NCBI GenBank assembly: GCA_963663035.1 | Contig: OY760074.1 | Coordinates: forward strand, 992,001-1,056,000 | Direction of reading: 5' to 3' | Length of the DNA stretch: 64,000 bases | Source: Acidobacteriota bacterium | GTDB taxonomy: Bacteria; Acidobacteriota; UBA6911; RPQK01; JADFOI01 | In this document: positions 47,485 through 56,215 of the stretch, one piece after another | Numbering within the stretch: the stretch's first letter is position 1 | Layout: each line of letters begins with the position of its first letter | Position numbers and translations under genes: made by a program | The notes under the pieces: model-generated | What the model was told of the DNA's origin: nothing | The model's input: only the letters and a program-made list of their open reading frames with translations | The model's database searches: none

Positions 47485-49161
47485 CTAATCAGGTGAGTCA
47501 CTGGCGGTGTTGGCGGTCCGCTCGAAGGTGGGGACGGCGCCCAGGGAGCGCAAGTATTGTTCGATTCCTCGAAAGAGAGCTTCTGCAACCTGATTTCGTC
47601 CCTCCTGCTCCTTGAAGTACTGTTCGTCAGAGGGATTGCTGAGGAACCCGACCTCGGTCAAGATGCCGGGCATGTTCAGGTTGATGAGAACGATAAAGGG
47701 CGCTTTCTTGACTCCGCGGTCCCGAAGGATGGGACGGTGGTTCTTCACTTCTTTGTACAGGCTCTGCTGGACAGTCTGGGCCAGATCGCTTGACTCCTCG
47801 TTGTAATCCCCCATGGTGATTTGCCTGAGCAGATCTTCAAGGTCGCTGATGTTCCTTTGTGAACTGGCATTTTCACGACTGGCTACTTCGCGTTCCTCTG
47901 CGTTCGAGGTCAAGTTCAAAAAGAATGTCTCCACCCCGGAAACCTTCCGACTCTTGCTGGAGTTGGCATGCACCGAGATGAAGAGGTCGGCACCCAGTTG
48001 GTTGGCAATAGCGGTACGCTCTTCCAGCGGAACAAATGTGTCCGTGCTTCGGGTCAACACCACTTCGGTTGCCAACCGCGTTTCCAGAAGCTCTTTCACT
48101 TTGAGTGAAACGGCCAGTACCAGGTTTTTCTCCATTAAACCGGAGGGCCCAATCGTGCCGGTGTCTACGCCTCCATGACCGGGATCAATGACCACCCGAC
48201 CCACTTTGAGGCCCAGGACCCGAGTGAGGCTGCGATCTCCATTGAGATTGGAAGCGGGAGTAATAGGGGTTTCACTTACCCTGATCTGCCTGTCTGTGCC
48301 TGTTTCCAGAGAGATGACGGCCTCTTGAGTCTTGACGGTGCGCTCGGTGTTGGTCGAGGCCACTGAAGGGCGCACCCCACCCTGCGTGTCAATGACGATG
48401 CGGAAAGGATCATAGAGTGCGAAGACTGTGTGTTTATTGATCTTCTCGAAATCGAGAACGAGCCGGACTTTGGCCGGGCTGTTCTGGGCGACGCGGATCT
48501 GCTTGATGAAGAGATCGTTGACGGGGTAGATCTTCCCGTTGAGCTCGGAGTTGAGGCGTGTCCCTTCCAGGTCGAAGTAAATGCGGTCGGGGTTCGAGAG
48601 AATGTGCTTTTGAAATTCGACTTCCTGGTCCAGTTGAATGACTACGCGGGTGTAATCCTTACTGGACCAGTAGCGAATTTCAGAGACGGTAGCCAGATCA
48701 GCTAGCCGACCCCGGATGTCTTCTATCTCTGGCTGGGCAGCCACTTCCTGCTCCACAACCGGCTTTGGTTTCAGCAGCTCCGCCCGCTCCAGCGCATCCC
48801 CCTTATGCTTGGTCCGGGGGTACTGATCAGCTACAAACTCGAAATAGTAGATGGCCTGCTGGCGGTAGCCTTTGTTTTCAAAGCGTTGCGCCATTTCCTC
48901 GTACAGACCGCCCACGGCGTAAAGAGCGTCGTCACAGGCTCCGTAGGTGGGGTCGTGGTCCACTACCCGGCGATAGAAAAAAATGGTCTGTCTATACCTT
49001 GTCAGGGTCCGATCGGATTTCGCTGTCTGCAGGAGCTGGTCGTGGTATTGGCGAGCCTTCTGGTAGGCAGCTCGCGCCGCCTGGCGGTCACGCCCGTAGA
49101 GGGACGTCGAAATCGCCAGAAGGAGTAGAAAACCCGTAATGACAGACGTATATCTGCGCAT
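47485..49161 (-). CDS. N-acetylmuramoyl-L-alanine amidase (TPR-like + AMIN + Amidase_3)
   Basis: TRVVI.LD, NPDRIYFDL, VIDPGHGG.D.G, LFISVHANS, LTEVGFLSN. Confidence 0.94.
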   Translation of the reverse strand: MRRYTSVITGFLLLLAISTSLYGRDRQAARAAYQKARQYHDQLLQTAKSDRTLTRYRQTIFFYRRVVDHDPTYGACDDALYAVGGLYEEMAQRFENKGYRQQAIYYFEFVADQYPRTKHKGDALERAELLKPKPVVEQEVAAQPEIEDIRGRLADLATVSEIRYWSSKDYTRVVIQLDQEVEFQKHILSNPDRIYFDLEGTRLNSELNGKIYPVNDLFIKQIRVAQNSPAKVRLVLDFEKINKHTVFALYDPFRIVIDTQGGVRPSVASTNTERTVKTQEAVISLETGTDRQIRVSETPITPASNLNGDRSLTRVLGLKVGRVVIDPGHGGVDTGTIGPSGLMEKNLVLAVSLKVKELLETRLATEVVLTRSTDTFVPLEERTAIANQLGADLFISVHANSSKSRKVSGVETFFLNLTSNAEEREVASRENASSQRNISDLEDLLRQITMGDYNEESSDLAQTVQQSLYKEVKNHRPILRDRGVKKAPFIVLINLNMPGILTEVGFLSNPSDEQYFKEQEGRNQVAEALFRGIEQYLRSLGAVPTFERTANTASDSPD

Positions 49162-49222
49162 CCACTTCTCAGAAGTCTAGTTCCTCGATTCTTACTCGAA
49201 AAAAGTATAGAACAGACGTGTG

Positions 49223-49804
49223 TCACTCTGTGTTGGTAAAGAGGACACTTCCGTTGGGCTGGATGACGCGTTTGAGTCGAAACTTGCCGCGTGGCCACTG
49301 GACGGGGGGTACTGGGGCCGGGGCCGAATTCAAGGCGTGGTAAGCACTTGTGACTTTACGGACATATTTTTGAGTCTCGGAATAGGGAGGCACTCCACTG
49401 TAACGGACCACGGCGTTTTCCCCGGCGTTGTAGGCGGCCAGGACGTGCTCCAGATTACCTTGGAAGTAACCCATCAGAAAGTTCAAATACCTGATACCAC
49501 CCTGGATGTTGTCTTCCGGGTCAAAACTGTCGGTCACACCAAATCGCCTGGCCGTGTCGGGGTGAAGCTGCATCAATCCCTCACAGCCTTTTGAGGAGAC
49601 GGCGTAGCGATCGTAGTTGCTTTCCACCATGATGATCGCCTCCACCAGATGGACATTCAGATCGTATTTTGGCGCCCATTCCTCGATCAGGGAGAGGTAG
49701 CCGGCTCGGGTATCGCGGAGGTCATTGGTGTCCAGAGAAGAGGCGCTATCATCGGCCCAAAGAGAGGTGCTGAGCAGGACCAGGAGGACCGCCAGGATGG
49801 CCAT
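49223..49804 (-). CDS. Lytic transglycosylase (SLT domain)
   Basis: AII.VESNYD..AVSSKG..GLMQL.P.TA, AAYNAG, ETQKYV. Confidence 0.92.
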   Translation of the reverse strand: MAILAVLLVLLSTSLWADDSASSLDTNDLRDTRAGYLSLIEEWAPKYDLNVHLVEAIIMVESNYDRYAVSSKGCEGLMQLHPDTARRFGVTDSFDPEDNIQGGIRYLNFLMGYFQGNLEHVLAAYNAGENAVVRYSGVPPYSETQKYVRKVTSAYHALNSAPAPVPPVQWPRGKFRLKRVIQPNGSVLFTNTE

Positions 49805-49920
49805 GGGGTCTCTAAGATGTTTGTTGAGTAGTGGTAAACGTCCCAAGCTTATACTATACCTCAATCGGTGCTCCCTTTGATCGGTTCCAGGTCTCCAACA
49901 GGGGAGCACAGGAGCTAGGT

Positions 49921-50122
49921 TGACCCGCAGTTCTCACACCCGCTCTACTGCATCGGCGTAATGATCCGACCTGACTGCGTTGCGCGACCCGCAAGCGGGT
50001 ACCCCTCGTGCGCCAGTCGGAGCCGCAGGCTTTAGCCTGCGGGCCCGTGGGCTAAAGCCCACGGCTCTGTTTTCCGTCCCTTCCGCCGCTTCGCAACGAC
50101 CTGGTGTGAGAACTGCGGGTTA
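49921..50122. mobile_element. MITE-like element, family B (inverted)
   Basis: Reverse complement of the 20099 element; TIR ACCCGCAGTTCTCACACC; its end overlaps the alaS TAA. Confidence 0.85.
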
Positions 50123-52762
50123 ACCGAGAAATTCACCGACGAACTGGTAGGTTTGCTCCAGGGCCTCGCTCAAACGAGAGGGATCTTTTCCGCCTGCCTC
50201 TGCCATATCCGGCTTGCCGCCTCCCCCGCCCTTGACCAGGGGAGCGATTTTGCCAATCAACTCATTGGCATTGATTCTGTCTGTGAGATCCGACGTCACC
50301 ATGGCGACCAGACTCACCTTGCCGTCCCCGGGGGTGCCCAGGACCACGACGCCCGTCTTGAGGCGATTCTTGAGCTCATCGGCCAGTTGCCGGAGGCCGT
50401 TTCTATCCAGATTTTCTACCTTTTGTGAAAGGACTTTAACACCATTAATCTCACGAACTTCTTGAAGGATGTCGCTGCTCTTGTCCTGGGCCAACTTCAA
50501 CTGCAGCTGGTCGAGTTGCTTGTGTAATTCCTTGAGTTCCTGAAGGATCTTTGGCACCGCTTTTGCCAGTTCAGCGCGGCCAACCTTCAGATCTCCCGAG
50601 AGCTCGCCGAGCAGAGCTTCATCGTCCAAGAAGCGGGACAGGGCATTCTCACCGGTCATGGCCTCTACCCGCCGAACGCCGGCCGAAACACTGTTTTCGC
50701 TCACGATCTTAAAGAGTGCGATCTCGCCCGTTCGACTGACATGAGTTCCTCCACACAGCTCCATGCTGAAGCCCGGGATCTTGACGACTCGCACTTGCGC
50801 CTGGTACTTCTCGCCGAACAATGCCATGGCTCCTTCCTGGAGGGCGTCATCGAGGTCGCGGATCTGGGTCTGGACCTGGAGGTTTTTTCGGATCTTCCTG
50901 TTGACCAGTTCCTCGATTTGGCGGCTTTCCCGGCTGGTGAGGGGTTTGTAATGGGTGAAGTCAAAGCGTAGACGGCCTGGTGCCACCAGTGATCCGGCCT
51001 GTTTGACATGTTCTCCCAGAACTTCACGCAGGGCGGCATGCAGAAGATGTGTGGCGGTGTGATTGCGGGCGGTATGGGTTCTCTCCTCCAGCGAGACATC
51101 GCACAGAGCCGTCTCATCTTTCCTTAACCGGCCACTGTGTACTTTGACCTTGTGCAGGCGCAAGCCAGCGATAGGGCTGTAGACATCTTCTACAGAGGCA
51201 CGGGTGTCACCGTTGCGGATGGTTCCTGTATCGGCAACCTGCCCACCGGCCTCAGCGTAAAATGGAGTCTGATCGAGAACGATCTCTCCCGTCTGGCCCT
51301 CTGTAAGTTCTTGCACCAGTTGATCTTCCCGCAGGATGGCCAGAGCACGAGCAGGGACATCGCTGGTCTCGGTATATCCGGTGAATTCTGTGGGCAGTTC
51401 CTGGCGGGCAAGCTCCTGATAGATGGGCTCAATCTCTCTTCCTGCACCTTTCCAGCTGACTCTGGCCCTTTCACGCTGTTTCTCCATTTCAGCGTAATAA
51501 CCCCTCTCATCCACCTCCAGATTGCGTTCAAGGGCAATTTCCTGGGCCAGGTCGAAGGGAAACCCATAGGTATCATAGAGTCGAAAAAGCTCTTTTCCCG
51601 GCAGCACCCGCTGGTCTTTTTTGAGACTTTTCTCACAGATCTCCTCGAGGAGTGCCATCCCATGGTCGAGGGTGGCGCTGAATCGTTGCTCCTCGTTTTT
51701 GACGATTTCGGCTGCGTACTCACGAGTCTCCAGCAGTTCCGGATAGGCGTCTTTCATCAGGTTGGCCACCAGCGAGGTGAGGGTATAGATGAATGGCTGG
51801 GCAGTACCGAGCATCTTGCCGTGGCGAATGGCGCGCCGAAGAATCTTCCTGAGGACATACTCCCGACCTTCGTTGCCGGGCGCGACACCATCGTTGATGA
51901 GAAAGGCACAGGCCCGGCTGTGATCGGCCAGGATCCTCAAACTGATATCTTTTTTCTCGTCCTTGCCATACTCCACCCCGGTCTGGCGCGAGGCTTCCAG
52001 GATAAGGGGATGGAAAAGGTCGGTGTCATAGTTGCTCTGGACGCCCTGCAGAACACAGGCGAGTCTCTCCAATCCCATTCCCGTGTCGATGGAAGGGGAG
52101 GGAAGGGGCGTCATCTCACCTGAGGCATCTCTGTTGAACTGCATAAACACCAGGTTCCAGACCTCCACATATCGCCCGCAGTCACAGTCCCGTGAGCAGT
52201 CGACATGTCCAGCCGGGCTGGTGGTCAGGTCGTAGTGCAGCTCTGAACAGGGACCACAGGGTCCGGTAGCCCCCATTGACCAGAAATTCTCCTTGTCTCC
52301 CAATTTGAGGATGCGATCTGCAGGAACACCAACGTGGTCTCTCCACAGGGTCAGAGCCTCATCGTCATCTTGATAAATGGTGATGTGAAGCCGCTCCGCG
52401 GGAAGTTTATAGACCTGTGTGCACAGCTCCCAGGCACACTCGATCGCTTTCTTCTTGAAATAGTCTCCAAAGGAGAAGTTGCCCAACATCTCAAAGAAGG
52501 TGTGATGCAGGCTGGTGCGACCCACCGTCTCCAGATCGTTATGCTTGCCGCTCACGCGCATGCACTTTTGACTGCTGGTGGCCCGGTTGTAGTCGCGCTT
52601 TTCCAATCCCAGGAAAACATCCTTGAACTGGTTCATTCCCGCGTTGGTGAAAAGGAGAGTGGGGTCGTTTTCGGGAACCAACGAGCTGCTCTTCACGCGC
52701 TTGTGCTGGTGATCCTCAAAATACTGCAGAAAGCCTTCTCGGATCTCGTTGGAGGTCTTCAT
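50120..52762 (-). CDS. alaS: Alanine--tRNA ligase
   Basis: DPTLLFTNAGMNQFK, HHTFFEMLGNFSFGDYFK, HTATHLL, ELCGGTHV, GGGGKP. Confidence 0.98.
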   Translation of the reverse strand: MKTSNEIREGFLQYFEDHQHKRVKSSSLVPENDPTLLFTNAGMNQFKDVFLGLEKRDYNRATSSQKCMRVSGKHNDLETVGRTSLHHTFFEMLGNFSFGDYFKKKAIECAWELCTQVYKLPAERLHITIYQDDDEALTLWRDHVGVPADRILKLGDKENFWSMGATGPCGPCSELHYDLTTSPAGHVDCSRDCDCGRYVEVWNLVFMQFNRDASGEMTPLPSPSIDTGMGLERLACVLQGVQSNYDTDLFHPLILEASRQTGVEYGKDEKKDISLRILADHSRACAFLINDGVAPGNEGREYVLRKILRRAIRHGKMLGTAQPFIYTLTSLVANLMKDAYPELLETREYAAEIVKNEEQRFSATLDHGMALLEEICEKSLKKDQRVLPGKELFRLYDTYGFPFDLAQEIALERNLEVDERGYYAEMEKQRERARVSWKGAGREIEPIYQELARQELPTEFTGYTETSDVPARALAILREDQLVQELTEGQTGEIVLDQTPFYAEAGGQVADTGTIRNGDTRASVEDVYSPIAGLRLHKVKVHSGRLRKDETALCDVSLEERTHTARNHTATHLLHAALREVLGEHVKQAGSLVAPGRLRFDFTHYKPLTSRESRQIEELVNRKIRKNLQVQTQIRDLDDALQEGAMALFGEKYQAQVRVVKIPGFSMELCGGTHVSRTGEIALFKIVSENSVSAGVRRVEAMTGENALSRFLDDEALLGELSGDLKVGRAELAKAVPKILQELKELHKQLDQLQLKLAQDKSSDILQEVREINGVKVLSQKVENLDRNGLRQLADELKNRLKTGVVVLGTPGDGKVSLVAMVTSDLTDRINANELIGKIAPLVKGGGGGKPDMAEAGGKDPSRLSEALEQTYQFVGEFLG

Positions 52763-52773
52763 TTAGGTTTTTC

Positions 52774-53250
52774 TCAATCCCAATCGATCTTCTGAAAGTA
52801 GGGCCCCAGTTGCTCCCTCACCAGGGCGGAAAGGTATCCCAGCCGGACACAATGATCAAAAAGCTTCTTGAGCTGAGGGGCGGTTTGGGGTCTTCCCGAT
52901 TTCCCAACCCATATCTGTATGGCTTCTTGCAGGCTTTGTTCTTCCTTCTTCGCTCCGTTGACCTGTTCTAGAATGCCGGGGATCATTCTAGCATCGATGC
53001 CCAGCCTCTTTAAATCCTGGACGATTCTGCGGTCGCCCCAAAGCCCACGCTGACGCCTGCTCAGAGCACGCCGCAAGGCAACAGCCTGATCGTCGAGGAG
53101 TCCCTCTTCCTGGAGACGGTTGAGAACCTCTTCTACGGCCTGGGAAGGGCCCTTGACAAGCAGTTTTCCTCGAAGTGCGAAGCGAGTGTGATCTCTTCTG
53201 GCCAGCAGGCGCAAGGCACGTCCGTAGAGAGGGGAGGTTTCAGCTGCCAA
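52774..53250 (-). CDS. recX: Regulatory protein RecX
   Basis: ALRLLARRDHT..L..KL, GLLDD, WG..RI...L...GI; upstream of alaS. Confidence 0.8.
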   Translation of the reverse strand: MAAETSPLYGRALRLLARRDHTRFALRGKLLVKGPSQAVEEVLNRLQEEGLLDDQAVALRRALSRRQRGLWGDRRIVQDLKRLGIDARMIPGILEQVNGAKKEEQSLQEAIQIWVGKSGRPQTAPQLKKLFDHCVRLGYLSALVREQLGPYFQKIDWD

Positions 53251-53268
53251 GTTTCAGGTTTTACGACC

Positions 53269-54207
53269 TCAATCGCTCTTTTCCCCGTAGACCAGCGTCA
53301 TCCAGGAGTGTCGATCGTCCACCTTTCCCTTAACGTAGTCGAAAAAGTCTTGCTGGATCTGGGTCGTGATGGGTCCTCGTTCTCCTGGGCCGACCGGGAT
53401 GTGATCGACAGAGCGGATCGGGGTGACTTCAGCGGCTGTCCCGGTGAGAAAGATTTCATCAGCGAGATAGAGCATCTCTCGAGGAAGGACTTCTTCGACG
53501 ACCTCGTAACCGCGCTCTTTGGCCAGGGTGATGACGCTGTTCCGCGTGATACCTGGAAGGATGGCGCTGCTGATCGGGGTGGTGTGCAGCTTCCCATGGC
53601 GGATCAAGAAGATATTTTCGCCACTCCCCTCGCTGATGAACCCCTGGCTGTCAAGGGCCACACCCTCGGCAAATCCATTGGTGACGGCCTCCATCTTGAT
53701 GAGGATGCTGTTGATGTAGTTTCCCGCTACCTTGGCCATGGAGGGAAAGGTGTTGGGTGCGGCTCGGCTCCAGCTCGAGACACAGACATCGACACCGGTC
53801 TCAGTTGATTCATCCCCCAGATAGGAACCCCACTCCCACACCAGAATGAAACATTCCGTAGGAGCTTGAAGGGGATTGAGCCCCAGGCTGCCAGCGCCGC
53901 AAAAAATGAGAGGGCGGATGTAACAGTGTTCCAGCTCGTTGACTCGAATCGTTTCCAGGATCGCCTGCTGAAGGTCCTGGGGAGAGAAGGGAATTTCTCG
54001 GCGGTAGATCTTACAGGAATCGAAAAGTCTCCCCACGTGCTCTTCCAGGCGGAACACTTCAGAGCCTCTCGATGACTGATAGCAGCGAAGTCCCTCGAAC
54101 CAGGAGGAGCCGTAATGCAGGCCGTGAGAGCTGACGTGAACGTTGGCTTTCTCCCAGTCGACAAACTCGCCGTTATACCAAATCTTTTTCGACTTAGGAG
54201 CAGTCAT
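53269..54207 (-). CDS. ilvE: Branched-chain amino acid aminotransferase
   Basis: HGLHYG...FEG.R.Y, EGSGENIF, ILPGITR, FLTGTAAEVTP. Confidence 0.95.
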   Translation of the reverse strand: MTAPKSKKIWYNGEFVDWEKANVHVSSHGLHYGSSWFEGLRCYQSSRGSEVFRLEEHVGRLFDSCKIYRREIPFSPQDLQQAILETIRVNELEHCYIRPLIFCGAGSLGLNPLQAPTECFILVWEWGSYLGDESTETGVDVCVSSWSRAAPNTFPSMAKVAGNYINSILIKMEAVTNGFAEGVALDSQGFISEGSGENIFLIRHGKLHTTPISSAILPGITRNSVITLAKERGYEVVEEVLPREMLYLADEIFLTGTAAEVTPIRSVDHIPVGPGERGPITTQIQQDFFDYVKGKVDDRHSWMTLVYGEKSD

Positions 54208-54239
54208 GAGGCACAGGATAGGAGGCTGGTGGCCACAAG

Positions 54240-55226
54240 TCAATCCTGAGACGGTGGAGCACTGTGTTTCCTGGCGAAGTAACCCTTCTTCGCCCGGATC
54301 TTCAAGCCTCTCTCTTTGGCATTTCGGACAATGACGTCAGTTTTCCGCCAAGTCCCATCCAAGGTCGGATTGCTGGAGACATAGGCCAGGCGATATTGGT
54401 TGCGTAGCTCGTAGGCAATGGACTCGAAGACTTCGCTGAGTTGCTCAATTTCCTCGGGGAAGAAGGCCTCTCCACCCGTGCTTTCAGGAATGGCCCTGAT
54501 CTGCTCGCGGATCTTCTCGCTTTCCGACTTGAAAACGCCGAAGAACCCGCCGCTTCTCGATAGGTCCCGGTCCAGGAAGGCGACAACATAGAGTTGAACG
54601 TCACTTTCCTCCACTTTCTCCACAACCTCCTGGTGGTCATAGAAGCTGTCCTTGTCCTCTCCGTCGGTAAATACGATGACGGCTTTTTTGGGCTCGCTTC
54701 CCTCTCTGGCCTTATCAACGGCCAGATAGATGGCATCATACAGAGCGGTGCCTCCCGAGATAATGAGGTTGTCCAGGGCATCGTAGATGTCCTGGACGTC
54801 CGTGGTGAAATCCTGCTCTAACTCGACTTCGTCCTTGAAGGCGATGAAGAACAGCTCATTCTGAGGATTGTTCTTGGTGAGGAAAAGGTGAGTGGCCTGG
54901 TTGACCAGGTCAAATTTGTCCCGCATGCTGCCGCTGGAGTCGATGACCACTCCCACCGTTGAGGGAACATCGTCCCGGCCAAAGTAAGTGATTTCCTGCT
55001 GGATCTTGTCTTCATAAACCAGGAAATCCTCTTTCTGAAGATTCGAGACCAGGGTGTTTTCTCTGTCGTAGACCGAGGAATAGAGCACGACCTGTTCGAC
55101 CTCGGCACGAAATTGGGCGGGCGTTCCTGCTTCTGGGTTCTGAGCAAGGGCAAACCCAGCTGGTGGGCACAGTGTCAAAAGAAGGGCGCTCAGCAGGGTT
55201 TGTTTGGGCGAGATGAGCTCAAGCAT
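54240..55226 (-). CDS. VWA domain protein (acidobacterial type)
   Basis: DSSGSM, GGTALYDA, FTDGED, ELRNQY. Confidence 0.9.
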   Translation of the reverse strand: MLELISPKQTLLSALLLTLCPPAGFALAQNPEAGTPAQFRAEVEQVVLYSSVYDRENTLVSNLQKEDFLVYEDKIQQEITYFGRDDVPSTVGVVIDSSGSMRDKFDLVNQATHLFLTKNNPQNELFFIAFKDEVELEQDFTTDVQDIYDALDNLIISGGTALYDAIYLAVDKAREGSEPKKAVIVFTDGEDKDSFYDHQEVVEKVEESDVQLYVVAFLDRDLSRSGGFFGVFKSESEKIREQIRAIPESTGGEAFFPEEIEQLSEVFESIAYELRNQYRLAYVSSNPTLDGTWRKTDVIVRNAKERGLKIRAKKGYFARKHSAPPSQD

Positions 55227-55244
55227 GAATCTGGGTGAAGGATC

Positions 55245-56144
55245 CTATTTTCGAGGAGCAAAGTAACCCTCTTTGGTACGAACCTTCAATTTGGGCATAC
55301 CTTCGGGTGGATCCAGGCGCACCTGGACTTTGCGCCAGCTGCCGTCGGACTTGGAATCTGTGGAGCTGTAGCCCACCAGGTACTGGCTGCGCAACTCGGA
55401 GTGGATCAAGTCACAGAAGTAATCCAGCTGCTTGAAATTATTGGGGAAAAAGGCCCGGCCACCCGTCAGACGGACGATTTCCGTAATGATGCCCCGCCCG
55501 TACTCCATCTCGCTCCTTTCGCCGACGACATAGATCTGGACATCCGATTCCTTGACGAAGTCTTTGAGCTCGCTGAAGGTGTAGCGGCTGCTGTTGTCTT
55601 CACCGTCGGTGATGACGATGAGAGCTTTCTTATCACTGCGAGCATCACGGATCTTCTCCAAGCCTATGTAGATGGCATCATACAAGGCTGTTCGTCCTTT
55701 GGGGGACTTAATGGACAGCTCATTTTGGATGTTTTCGCTGCGGTTGGTGAAATCCCGCACGAGTGTGGACTGCTCATTAAAAGTGACCAGAAAGTATTCA
55801 TCCTCCGGATCGCCCTGTTCCAGAAAGCGAATCACCGAACTGCGAGCACTCAGGACATTGTCTCCCATGGATCCGCTGGTATCGAGGATGATTCCGACGC
55901 TGATCGGGGAACTGTCGCTGGAGAAATGGGTCAGGGTCTGTTCGAGTTTATTCTCGAAAAGCTGGAAGTGCTCCCTCTGCAAACCAACAACGTAGCGGTT
56001 TAGCGGGTCCGTTACAGTGACTCGCACCACGACGGTATCAACATTGATTCGAAAGCGGGGAGGTGAGAGGTCTTCTTCAGCTACACCTATCCCAACACTA
56101 AAAAGAAGGCTAAGAATAAGACAGGGGATACAAACCCTTCTCAT
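55245..56144 (-). CDS. VWA domain protein (acidobacterial type)
   Basis: DTSGSM, GRTALYDA, ITDGEDN, ELRSQY. Confidence 0.9.
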   Translation of the reverse strand: MRRVCIPCLILSLLFSVGIGVAEEDLSPPRFRINVDTVVVRVTVTDPLNRYVVGLQREHFQLFENKLEQTLTHFSSDSSPISVGIILDTSGSMGDNVLSARSSVIRFLEQGDPEDEYFLVTFNEQSTLVRDFTNRSENIQNELSIKSPKGRTALYDAIYIGLEKIRDARSDKKALIVITDGEDNSSRYTFSELKDFVKESDVQIYVVGERSEMEYGRGIITEIVRLTGGRAFFPNNFKQLDYFCDLIHSELRSQYLVGYSSTDSKSDGSWRKVQVRLDPPEGMPKLKVRTKEGYFAPRK

Positions 56145-56215
56145 GACTATACTTACTATGATAGCTGAAAATGACCGAGAGTGAAAGGAGAAAATCTGAG
56201 AAGTGTGGTTTCTCG

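Noticed and set aside
49868-49909. Hairpin GTGCTCCCTTTG...CAGGGGAGCAC between alaS and the lytic transglycosylase as a riboswitch or terminator
   Set aside because: No U-tract or conserved aptamer features; function unsupported.
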